NCBI GenBank assembly: GCA_050257855.1
Contig: JBLMXQ010000040.1
Coordinates: 7,059-71,058 of the forward strand
DNA length: 64,000 bases
DNA from: Betaproteobacteria bacterium
GTDB taxonomy: Bacteria; Acidobacteriota; Vicinamibacteria; Vicinamibacterales; CAVVIG01
Direction of reading: 5' to 3'
Part shown: positions 7,462 through 15,396 of the stretch, one piece after another
Layout: each line of letters opens with the position of its first letter
How positions within the stretch are numbered: position 1 is the stretch's first letter
Notes under the pieces: generated by a model
Seen by the model: only the letters and a program-made list of their open reading frames with translations
Database searches by the model: none
What the model was told of the DNA's origin: nothing
Program-made: the position numbers and the translations under genes

Positions 7462-8376
7462 CTACTGCGGCGCGAACTCCGCGTGGCGGCCGACGTAATC
7501 CTTCTCACCGGCGAGGACGCGCACTTTCATGCGGTTCTCGGGCGGCGGCAGCGGACACGTCGTGAACGGGTTGAACGAGCACGGCGGGTTGTACGCTTCG
7601 TTGAAGTCCAGGACCGTGGTGCCGTCCGGCTTCAGATCCGCGTAGAGAAAGCGTGCGGCATGGTAGGTCTCGTGGCCGGTCGTGCCGTCGGTGAAGATGA
7701 AGAAGAACCGGTTCGGCCTCGTCGTCATCGGGCGCATCCGGATCGTCTGGCCGTCCAGCGTGAACTCGACGAGCCCTTCGGTCTTGTACGTCGCGAAGTC
7801 TCCGGTGATCATCGGCACCTTCACCTCGCGGGCTTCCGGCTCGCGAATGAAGCGCCCGACGACGCGGTATTTCGGATCGATCGGGAACCAGGTGAAGCCG
7901 GCGAAGTTGCGGGCGACCTCGCCCTGCTCGTCGCGGATGCGGATGGCCCGGCGATCGCCGCTCGTGTGCACCCAGATCGCGACTGAGCCGATCGTCAGCT
8001 CGTCGGGCGGCTCCTTGCCGCCGTCGTTTCGCAGGGCGATTGGCGACGTGACCGGCTGGCCCTTCAGCGTGACGCCGGCGCCGGGCTTCGGCTCGAACCG
8101 CACGTCGGAGCCGTTGAGGACGAACGTGCCGATCTCGGCGGGGGTGGAGGCCGGCAGGCGCACGGCATTTCCTTCGGCGCTCCCGGCGCGGTTCTCACCC
8201 GGCTCGAGGAACGCGAGGCCGGCGAGCGACACGTATTCCTTGCGGTAGTCCGCTTCGTGCTTCGCGCGGAACTGCTCGACTTCCTGACGGTACGCCTCGG
8301 GCCGGGGCTCGTTCTTTCCGCAAGCCGCGGCGACGAGCGCCAGCGCTCCGGCCGCGATCACTGTTCCTGCGCGCAT
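7462..8376 (-). CDS. DUF1684 domain-containing lipoprotein
   Basis: MRAGTVIAAGALALVAAAC has a lipobox-like signal. The C-terminal LDFNEAYNPPCSFNPFTTCPLPPPENRM matches the DUF1684 signature. Confidence 0.8.
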   Translation of the reverse strand: MRAGTVIAAGALALVAAACGKNEPRPEAYRQEVEQFRAKHEADYRKEYVSLAGLAFLEPGENRAGSAEGNAVRLPASTPAEIGTFVLNGSDVRFEPKPGAGVTLKGQPVTSPIALRNDGGKEPPDELTIGSVAIWVHTSGDRRAIRIRDEQGEVARNFAGFTWFPIDPKYRVVGRFIREPEAREVKVPMITGDFATYKTEGLVEFTLDGQTIRMRPMTTRPNRFFFIFTDGTTGHETYHAARFLYADLKPDGTTVLDFNEAYNPPCSFNPFTTCPLPPPENRMKVRVLAGEKDYVGRHAEFAPQ

Positions 8377-8412
8377 GCATTCCCCCCGCAAGTGATGGCA
8401 TCCTAGTCCCCG

Positions 8413-8823
8413 TTGCGGAAACCGGTCAAATCGGGCGTGGGCGGCTGGTTGCTGCTGTTGTGCATCCTGCTGCTGGCATGGCAGCCGCTCAGCCTCGGCC
8501 TCGTGGCATCGAGCGCGGTGGACGCGATCGCGCTTCGCGGTCTGCCCCTCGCGCTCGTCCTTCTGACGCGCGTGCTCGTGGCAGGGTTCGGCATCGCCGC
8601 CGGCCTCGCGCTGCTGAGCCGACGCCCGGCGGCCGTGGCCATGGCGAAGCTGTCGTTGCTCCTGTCGGCGGCCACCGACCTGTTCGTCTACACCACACCA
8701 TACTGGCCGAACAACCGGTTGCCCGGCGACACGCCGATCTACATCGCCGGCTCGCTGCTCTACTGCGGCCTCTGGCTGGCGTACCTGTCCCGATCCGAGC
8801 GCGTGAAACGGACGTACGCATGA
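8413..8823 (+). CDS. Small polytopic membrane protein (DUF2569-like)
   Basis: GVGGWLLLLCILLLAWQPL N-terminus and four hydrophobic segments. The track start is TTG 8413, with GTG 8437 as an alternative. The family assignment is from memory of the GGWL motif. Confidence 0.6.
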   Translation: MRKPVKSGVGGWLLLLCILLLAWQPLSLGLVASSAVDAIALRGLPLALVLLTRVLVAGFGIAAGLALLSRRPAAVAMAKLSLLLSAATDLFVYTTPYWPNNRLPGDTPIYIAGSLLYCGLWLAYLSRSERVKRTYA

Positions 8824-8830
8824 AACAGCT

Positions 8831-9238
8831 ATCGGCTCTCGGCTCTCGGCCTGGCTCTCGGCCGTCTGCTCTCCGCTCTCGGCGTTGGCTCTCGGCCGTC
8901 CGCTCTCCGCTCTCGGCGTTGGCTCTCGGCCGTCCGCTCTCCGCTCTCGGCGTTGGCTCTCGGCCGTCTGCTCTCCGCTCTCGGCCTGGCTCTCGGCCGT
9001 CCGCTCTCGGCTCTCGGCTGGGCTCTCGGCCGTCCGCTCTCCGCTGTCGGCTTGGCTCCCGGCTGGCCGCTCGCGGCTGTCGGCCCGTCTCTCAGCCCAC
9101 TCCTCGGCCCGTCTCTCGGCCCACTCCTCGGCCGGTCTCTCGGCCCACTCCTCGGCCCGTCTCTCGGCCCGTCTCTCGGCCGAGAGCCGACGGCCGAGAG
9201 CCGACAGCCAAGCCGAGAGCCGACAGCCGACAGCCGAT
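8831..9238. repeat. Composite GC-rich tandem-repeat element with imperfect inverted termini
   Basis: About six contiguous 33-34-bp units of ggctctcggccgtcYgctctccgctctcggcgtt occupy 8853-9054 (units 8887-8920 and 8921-8954 are identical), followed by a degenerate unit. Next come 3.5 units of a 24-bp repeat cgtctctcggcccactcctcggcc (9086-9181). The motif then switches to its complement, with three copies of gccgagagccgac (9181-9236). The ends are inverted: ATCGGCTCTCGGCTCTCGGC at 8831 versus GCCGACAGCCGACAGCCGAT ending at 9238. Confidence 0.85.
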
Positions 9239-9247
9239 AACTGCTCT

Positions 9248-9253
9248 TATAAT
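9248..9253 (+). promoter_or_regulatory. Candidate -10 box (TATAAT) for the M28 peptidase gene, implying a near-leaderless mRNA
   Basis: A perfect TATAAT in a locally AT-rich patch lies 9 nt upstream of ATG 9263, with no Shine-Dalgarno sequence in between. Confidence 0.35.
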
Positions 9254-9262
9254 CTCTGCCGC

Positions 9263-10909
9263 ATGAAGAAGCTGCTGATTGCCCTCCTTCCGGCCGCTCT
9301 GCTGGTCGCGTCCCTTGCCGCGCAGCAGGAGCGGGCGCCGCAGAACGACTCGATCCGCCGGTCGGATCTCGAGGCCGACCTGTACTTCGTCGCCGGCGAC
9401 TCGATGCAGGGCCGGCTGACCAACACCGAGGGGAACCGCGCGGCCGCCGACTTCATCAAGTCGCGCTTCGAGCGCCTCGGCCTGACGCCGGCCGGTCCGA
9501 ACCATTCGTACTTCCAGCCGTTCAATCTGATGACGGCGACGCTCGGCCACGCCAACGCCCTCGACATCGAGAGCGACGCCGGCACTCGCCACCTGGACGA
9601 AGGGCAGGAGTTCTATCCGCACCGATACTCGGCGAGCGGACACGCCGCCGCTCCGGTCGTCTTCGCGGGCTACGGCATCCGCGCGCCCGGGCTCCAGTGG
9701 GACGACTACGGCGCGGGCACGGTGCGCGGCAGGATCGTCCTCGTGCTCGACCACGAACCGGGCGAGAAGGATCCGAACAGCCCGTTCGACGGCCTCATCA
9801 CGTCGGAATGGTCGACGCCCTGGCGGAAGGCGGTCGCCGCGCAGGCGCTCGGCGCCGCCGGCGTGCTGTTCGTGGCCGACGTGCAGAATCATCCAGGACC
9901 TTCGAACTTCGACGCCTCCGCGCGCGGCTACTGGCCTGCCGAGCCGCGGCGAATTCCGAGCTACACGCTCGAGAGCTGGGCGGATCGCGTCCGCATCCCG
10001 GTCGCGCAGATCTCGCCGGCACTCGCCGAATCGCTCGTCGCGGGCACCGGCAAATCCCTCGAGGACCTCGCGAAGGCTTCGGACGCGCATGCGTCCGCGC
10101 CGCTGGCGCTCCCGGGCGTCAAGATCGATCTCCGCACCGATGTCGCCCGTCACATCGTGCCCGATCACAACGTGGTCGCCCTGATCGAGGGGAGCGACCC
10201 GCAGCTGAAGGACCAGTGGGTGATCGTCTCGGCCCATTTCGATCACAACGGCGCCGACGGCAGCGAGGTGTTCAACGGCGCCGACGACAACGGATCGGGG
10301 ACGGTGGCGCTGCTCGAGATCGCGGAAGCCTATTCGCTCGCAGCGAAGGACGGACACCGGCCGAAACGCAGCGTGCTCTTCGCCGCGTGGAACTCCGAGG
10401 AGCGGGGCCTGCTCGGATCGTGGGCGTATACCGAGCATCCGCTCGCTCCGCTCACGTCGATCGCGGCGGTGCTGAACATGGACATGATCGGCCGCAACGA
10501 GGAGATACCCGTCGGCGGCGGACGCCGGTTCCTCGGCCTCGAGCCTCAGACTGCCGAGTCGAACGACAACGCGGTCAACGTCGGCGGCCTGAAATGGGCG
10601 GAGGATCTGCGCGCGCCGATCGTCGCGGCAGACAAGGGCATCGGCCTCGAGCTGAAGCCGCGCTACGACAACAACGCATCGAATCTGGTGCGCCGCAGCG
10701 ATCAGTGGCCCTTCCTGCAGCACGGCGTGCCGGCGGTCGGCTTCTTCACCGGCCTCCATCCCGACTACCACACGCCTTACGACCGGCCGGAGAAGATCAA
10801 CTACGTGAAGCTGGAGAAGATCGCGCGCCTCGTGCACCAGGCGAGCTGGGATCTCGCCAACGCGCCGGCGCGGCCGAAGTCCGCCACGAACGCGGCGGTG
10901 CCGCAATAG
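9263..10909 (+). CDS. Secreted M28 family metallopeptidase with PA domain
   Basis: MKKLLIALLPAALLVASLAAQQ signal peptide; M28 Zn-site context HFDHNGADG...NGADDNGSGTVALLEIA...WNSEERGLLGS...YHTPYD. The upstream part of track ORF 8885..10909 is a translation of the repeat element and was discarded. Confidence 0.85.
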   Translation: MKKLLIALLPAALLVASLAAQQERAPQNDSIRRSDLEADLYFVAGDSMQGRLTNTEGNRAAADFIKSRFERLGLTPAGPNHSYFQPFNLMTATLGHANALDIESDAGTRHLDEGQEFYPHRYSASGHAAAPVVFAGYGIRAPGLQWDDYGAGTVRGRIVLVLDHEPGEKDPNSPFDGLITSEWSTPWRKAVAAQALGAAGVLFVADVQNHPGPSNFDASARGYWPAEPRRIPSYTLESWADRVRIPVAQISPALAESLVAGTGKSLEDLAKASDAHASAPLALPGVKIDLRTDVARHIVPDHNVVALIEGSDPQLKDQWVIVSAHFDHNGADGSEVFNGADDNGSGTVALLEIAEAYSLAAKDGHRPKRSVLFAAWNSEERGLLGSWAYTEHPLAPLTSIAAVLNMDMIGRNEEIPVGGGRRFLGLEPQTAESNDNAVNVGGLKWAEDLRAPIVAADKGIGLELKPRYDNNASNLVRRSDQWPFLQHGVPAVGFFTGLHPDYHTPYDRPEKINYVKLEKIARLVHQASWDLANAPARPKSATNAAVPQ

Positions 10910-10946
10910 CCCGATCGGCCGCGAAGACCCGAAGCGATCCGGCGGG

Positions 10947-12284
10947 CTACAGCGTGACCGCCCTGTCGGTGATCTCCAGGCCGCGATCGATGATCGCGAA
11001 CGCCTCGCGCATCTCCGGTTCGGTGATGCAGAGCGGCGGGTTCGTGAAGAACGAGTTCCAGCGGACGAACGTGTAGAGCCCCTCCTGGCGGAAGAAGCGG
11101 CCGAGCGCCGCCATCTCCTCCGACGTGCCGTTGAACGGCGCCATCGGCTCCTTCGTCTGGCGGTTCCGGATCAGCTCCACGAGACCGAACAGCCCGATCG
11201 ACCGCACCGCGCCGACCGACGGGTGCCGCACGGCGATGTCGGTCATCAGGTCCGACATCAGCGATCCCATCCGCTTCGCGTTCTCGATCAGCCGGTCTTC
11301 CTCGTAGACCTGCAGCGTCGCGAGCGCCGCGGCGCAGGCCAGCGGATGGCTGTTGTAGGTCAGCCCGCCGTAGAACACCCGATCCCTGAACTGATCGGCG
11401 ACGCCGCGGCGCATGCCGACGGCGCCGAGCGGAACGTACGCGCTCGTCAGCCCCTTCGCCATCGTCATGATGTCGGGCACGACGTTCCAGTGGTTGACGG
11501 CGAACCACGCGCCGGTCCGGCCGAAGCCCGACATCACCTCGTCGCAGATCATCAGGATGCCGTGCTTCGTGCACAGTTCGCGGACGCCCTGCAGGTACCC
11601 ATCGGGCGGGACGAGCACGCCGTTGGTGCCGGTGACCGTCTCCAGGATGAAGGCGGCGATCGTCTGCGGTCCCTCCAGCTGGATGACCTCCTCGAGCATC
11701 CCGAGCGATTCGTCGGCCGAATCCCACCCGCGCTCGATGCCGTGGTACGGGTCGAGCACGTGGACGACGCCCGGCAGCCCCGGCTCGGCGGCCCAGCGGC
11801 GGGGATCCCCGGTCAGGGAGATCGCGCCGGCCGTGGCGCCGTGGTAGGAGCGGTAGCGGGCCAGGATCTTGTGACGACCGGTCGCCAGGCGCGCCAGCTT
11901 CATGGCGTTCTCGTTCGCCTCGGCGCCGCCGTTCGTGAAGAAGAACACGTCGATGTCGCCCGGCGCAATCGCCGCGAGCCGCGCGCCCAGGCGCGCGCGC
12001 ACCTCGGTGGCCATGAACGGGTTCGCATAGGCGAGCGTCGAGGCCTGCTCGTGAATGGCGCGCACGACGCGCTCGTCGCCGTGCCCGATGTTCACGCACA
12101 TCAACTGGCTGTTGAAGTCGATGAAGCGCTTGCCCTCAGGCGTCCAGAAGTAGATCCCCTTGGCGCGCGCCACGGGAATGGGATCCACCTTCGACTGCGC
12201 CGACCACTCGTAGAGCGTGTGCGCCTTCGATCCGGCGATCATCTCTTCGCCGGTCATCGTCTTTGCAGTCGTGTCAGTTGCCAT
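10947..12284 (-). CDS. Class-III (omega) aminotransferase, beta-alanine/taurine:pyruvate-type
   Basis: ATG 12284 has GAGG 8 nt upstream. Motifs: FTNGGAEANENAMKLAR, ICDEVMSGFGRTGAWFA, DIMTMAKGLTSAY (PLP-lysine), typical of PLP fold-type I class III enzymes. Confidence 0.9.
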   Translation of the reverse strand: MATDTTAKTMTGEEMIAGSKAHTLYEWSAQSKVDPIPVARAKGIYFWTPEGKRFIDFNSQLMCVNIGHGDERVVRAIHEQASTLAYANPFMATEVRARLGARLAAIAPGDIDVFFFTNGGAEANENAMKLARLATGRHKILARYRSYHGATAGAISLTGDPRRWAAEPGLPGVVHVLDPYHGIERGWDSADESLGMLEEVIQLEGPQTIAAFILETVTGTNGVLVPPDGYLQGVRELCTKHGILMICDEVMSGFGRTGAWFAVNHWNVVPDIMTMAKGLTSAYVPLGAVGMRRGVADQFRDRVFYGGLTYNSHPLACAAALATLQVYEEDRLIENAKRMGSLMSDLMTDIAVRHPSVGAVRSIGLFGLVELIRNRQTKEPMAPFNGTSEEMAALGRFFRQEGLYTFVRWNSFFTNPPLCITEPEMREAFAIIDRGLEITDRAVTL

Positions 12285-12304
12285 AGCAAGCCTCGTTCGG
12301 CAGC

Positions 12305-12326
12305 GGGACGGTCTGAAGACCGTCCC
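12305..12326 (-). terminator. Perfect 9-bp stem-loop between the M28 peptidase and aminotransferase genes
   Basis: gggacggtc-tgaa-gaccgtccc. There is no clear U-tract on either strand, so it could be an attenuator or processing/stability element rather than a full terminator. Confidence 0.45.
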
Positions 12327-12383
12327 CTACCGCTTTTCCAGCATCTACTACCGCTTTTCCAGCATCTACCGCCTCGCCAGCAT
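12327..12383 (-). repeat. Three tandem copies of an 18-nt module ATGCTGGnnAnGCGGTAG; the first copy is the end of the M28 CDS
   Basis: On the minus strand: ATGCTGGCGAGGCGGTAG (12383-12366, encoding ...MLARR*), ATGCTGGAAAAGCGGTAG (12365-12348), TAG, then ATGCTGGAAAAGCGGTAG (12344-12327). The hairpin at 12326-12305 follows directly. Confidence 0.85.
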
Positions 12384-14108
12384 CGCGTCGCGCGCCGCCT
12401 TGAACTCGTTGCCGGGTGCCCACTCGGGATACTTCTCCGCCTGGGCGACCCGATACCCGACGGCGAACAGCAGCTCGAGATCCTCGCGCGCGCCGCTCAG
12501 GTCCCAGTCCGGCCTCACCTCGTCGGACGGCTTGTGATAGTCGCGCTCGGTGAACTCCTCGCGCAGCTTCTCGCCGTAGCCGGCCGGCTTGCCGATGTAG
12601 TCGACGCCGGCGTCGGGATCGAGCGCCGGCACGCCCTGCTTCGCGAAATTGAAGTGGTCCGAGCGGTAGTAGAAGCCCTTCTCCGGCTCCGGATCCGGCC
12701 GGATGATGCGCCCCTGCTCGCCCGCCACGTCCTTCGTGTAATCGTCCAGATCGGACGCGCCGTAGCCGACGAGCGTCAGATCGCGCGTGCGTCCGTGCAC
12801 GTTCAGCGTGTCGATGTTGATGTCGGCCAGCGTCTTCGCCAGCGGATAGATCGGCGTCGTCGCGTAGTACTGCGACCCGAGCAGCCCCTGCTCCTCCGCC
12901 GTGACCGCCAGGAACAGGATGGATCGCTTCGGCGCGACCGGCAGCTTCGTGTACGCGCGCGCAATCTCCAGCATCCCGGCGACGCCGACCGCGTTGTCCA
13001 CCGCCCCGTTGTAGATGCGGTCGCCGTTGACCGGCTGGCCGACGCCGAGATGATCCCAGTGCGCCGAGTAGACGACGTACTCGTCGCGCAGCGTCGGATC
13101 GCTGCCCTGAAGCTTCGCCACGACGTTGCGCGAGTCGATCGTCCGCAGCTTGTTGTGCAGCGTCATCGACGCCGAGACGCCGAGCGGCACCGGCTTGAAG
13201 TCGCGCGTCGCCGCCTGCGCCTTCAGGGCATCGAAGTCCTGTCCGGCCATCTTGAACAGCTCCTTCGCGCTGTCCTCCGTGATCCACCCTTCGATCGCCG
13301 CACGGCTCATGTTCTTGTCCGGCGTCACCAGGTCGAACTTCTCGCCGAGGTTGCCCTGGACCACCGCGAACGGATACCCGGCCGGACCCGTCTCGTGCAC
13401 GATGAGCACGCCGGCCGCCCCCTTCTGCGCGCCGATCTCGTACTTGTAGGTCCACCGGCCGTAGTACGTCATCGCCTTGCCGCCGAAGGTCTTCGGATCG
13501 AGCTGGTCGGGGTTCGATGGATCGGGTACCGGAGGATCGTTCACGAGCATGACGAGCGTCTTGCCCTTGACGTCGAGCCCCTTGTAGTCGTCCCAGTTGA
13601 ACTCGGGCGCGACGACGCCGTACCCGACGAAGACCAGCTCCGAGTTGTCGATGTGCGCTTCGGGCGCCACGTGCTTCGTCCACGCAACGACTTCGTCCTT
13701 CCACTTGAGCTGCCGGGTCTGGGAGCCCTTCTTCAGCACGAGCGGCGCGGGCGAGGCGGTGATGCCGACGAGCGGCACCTTCTGGATGTAGCTCCCGTTG
13801 GTGTTGCCCGGCTTGAGCCCTATCTTCCTGAACTCGCTGACGATGTAGTTGACCGTCAGATCCTCGCCGCGGGTGCCGGGCGCACGCCCCTCGTACTCGT
13901 CCGACGCGAGCACTTTCGTGTGCGCGAGCACGGCGCCGGTGTCGACCTGCGGGAGTTGGCCGATCGGCACGCGCTCGCCCGACTGGGCCGCGGGCGCGGG
14001 TCCGGCCGCCTTCTGCGCCGGCGGCTGCGACCGGGAGCAGGCCGTGGACGAGATGGCGGCGAGCAGGAGGGCGGCGGAGACGGTGCGAAAGAAGCGGGCT
14101 GTACGCAT
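12366..14108 (-). CDS. M28 family metallopeptidase with PA domain, probable lipoprotein
   Basis: [24 protein letters not shown] signal; HWDHLG...[17 protein letters not shown]...AEEQGLLGS...YHKPSDE. It is a paralogue of 9263..10909. Confidence 0.85.
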   Translation of the reverse strand: MRTARFFRTVSAALLLAAISSTACSRSQPPAQKAAGPAPAAQSGERVPIGQLPQVDTGAVLAHTKVLASDEYEGRAPGTRGEDLTVNYIVSEFRKIGLKPGNTNGSYIQKVPLVGITASPAPLVLKKGSQTRQLKWKDEVVAWTKHVAPEAHIDNSELVFVGYGVVAPEFNWDDYKGLDVKGKTLVMLVNDPPVPDPSNPDQLDPKTFGGKAMTYYGRWTYKYEIGAQKGAAGVLIVHETGPAGYPFAVVQGNLGEKFDLVTPDKNMSRAAIEGWITEDSAKELFKMAGQDFDALKAQAATRDFKPVPLGVSASMTLHNKLRTIDSRNVVAKLQGSDPTLRDEYVVYSAHWDHLGVGQPVNGDRIYNGAVDNAVGVAGMLEIARAYTKLPVAPKRSILFLAVTAEEQGLLGSQYYATTPIYPLAKTLADINIDTLNVHGRTRDLTLVGYGASDLDDYTKDVAGEQGRIIRPDPEPEKGFYYRSDHFNFAKQGVPALDPDAGVDYIGKPAGYGEKLREEFTERDYHKPSDEVRPDWDLSGAREDLELLFAVGYRVAQAEKYPEWAPGNEFKAARDAMLARR

Positions 14109-14118
14109 AACGGGTCGA

Positions 14119-15396
14119 TTATCCCGCGCGCGCGCCCATCAGGTCGAGGGTGGCGAGCGCCAGAATCTTCGTCGCGTTGATCAGATCCTCGACCCGGCAC
14201 CACTCGTCCGGCTGGTGCGCCATCTCGAGCTCGCCGGGGCCGTACGCCACGCAGTGCGGCACCCCGGCGATGCGCGCGACGTGCTTGTGGTCGTAGGTGC
14301 CCGGGCTGGCCACGATCGCCGGCCGACGGCCGAGAACGCGCTCGATGGACGCCTCGAGCGCCGCGACGAGCGGCGACCCGTCCGGCGTCCGTGTAGGATG
14401 AACGACCATCAGGTCGCGGACGTCGAACCGGATCCCGTCGGTCCCGGCCTGCACGCGGCCGACGAGCTCGGCGATCTCCTGCCTCGTCGCCTCGAAGCCT
14501 TCCTCGAGGAGGAAGCGCCGATCGAACACGGCGCGGCAGAGGTCCGCCACGCACGGCGTCTGAATGCCGTCGACCGGCTGCCCGCCCTCGATTCCGTTGA
14601 TGTTGATCGTCGCCTGCCGCGCGCCCTCGGGCACCACGGGCACGTCGGTCCGCCGCGAGGCGAGCTTCGGCGCGAGATCCTCGCGCACGGACTGCAGCAG
14701 CCGCCCCATGCCGTCGATCGCGCTCCGGCCGAGGAACGGCATGCTGCCGTGGCCGATCCGTCCGTGCGCCGCGACCTCGAACCAGTACACGCCGCGGTGG
14801 CCGATGCAGATCCGGTCGACGTTGAGCGGCTCGGGGATGATGACGTAGTCGGTGCGGCCGCGGGCGATACGGCCCGACTCGGCGAGGTACGCGACGCCGG
14901 CAAAGCCGCCGCTCTCTTCGTCGACGGTGCCGCTGATCTCGATCGAGCCGGGCAGCTCGACGCCGGCGCGCGCAATCGCTTCTGCCGCGAACAGCGCGGC
15001 GGCGATTCCCGCCTTCATGTCGCAGACGCCGCGCCCGTAGATCTTCCCGCCGCGCACGAGCCCGCCGAACGGGTCGACCGTCCACCCGGCTCCTGCCGGC
15101 ACGACGTCGAAGTGCCCGTTCAGGTGCACGACGGGTCCCGCCCCTCCGCGCCGCGCCCCGACGACGTTGACGCGCGGGTACCGCGCGGTGTGCTCGGGGC
15201 GGCCAAGGGCGGCGATGTACTCGACGTCGAAGCGCGCGCGCGCCAGCCGATCGCCGATGAACCGGGCGCACTCCTCGTACGCCTCGCCCGGCGGGTTGAC
15301 GGTCGGGATGCGGACGAGATCGGCGGTGAAGGCGACGATCTCGTCCGCCGCGCGATCGACCTGCTCGACGATGCGGTCGATCGGGAGCGTGCTCAC
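14119..15396 (-). CDS. M20 family metallo-amidohydrolase/peptidase (ArgE/DapE/carnosinase-type), cytoplasmic
   Basis: GTG 15396 overlaps the receptor stop (GTGA). Motifs: [31 protein letters not shown], and a C-terminal [14 protein letters not shown]. No signal peptide. The rest of track ORF 14119..17637 is a shadow of the receptor gene. Confidence 0.85.
   Translation of the reverse strand: MSTLPIDRIVEQVDRAADEIVAFTADLVRIPTVNPPGEAYEECARFIGDRLARARFDVEYIAALGRPEHTARYPRVNVVGARRGGAGPVVHLNGHFDVVPAGAGWTVDPFGGLVRGGKIYGRGVCDMKAGIAAALFAAEAIARAGVELPGSIEISGTVDEESGGFAGVAYLAESGRIARGRTDYVIIPEPLNVDRICIGHRGVYWFEVAAHGRIGHGSMPFLGRSAIDGMGRLLQSVREDLAPKLASRRTDVPVVPEGARQATININGIEGGQPVDGIQTPCVADLCRAVFDRRFLLEEGFEATRQEIAELVGRVQAGTDGIRFDVRDLMVVHPTRTPDGSPLVAALEASIERVLGRRPAIVASPGTYDHKHVARIAGVPHCVAYGPGELEMAHQPDEWCRVEDLINATKILALATLDLMGARAG

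Noticed and set aside
8831-9238. The repeat array as a CRISPR locus.
   Set aside because: The units abut each other directly with no unique spacers. The unit lengths (33-34 and 24 bp) change within the array, half of the motif is inverted, and there are no cas genes in the window.
8885-9262. A 126-aa N-terminal extension of the M28 peptidase (track ORF 8885..10909).
   Set aside because: The extension is merely the repeat element translated (LSALGVGSRPSALRS...). A canonical signal peptide begins at ATG 9263, and a TATAAT box lies just upstream of that ATG.
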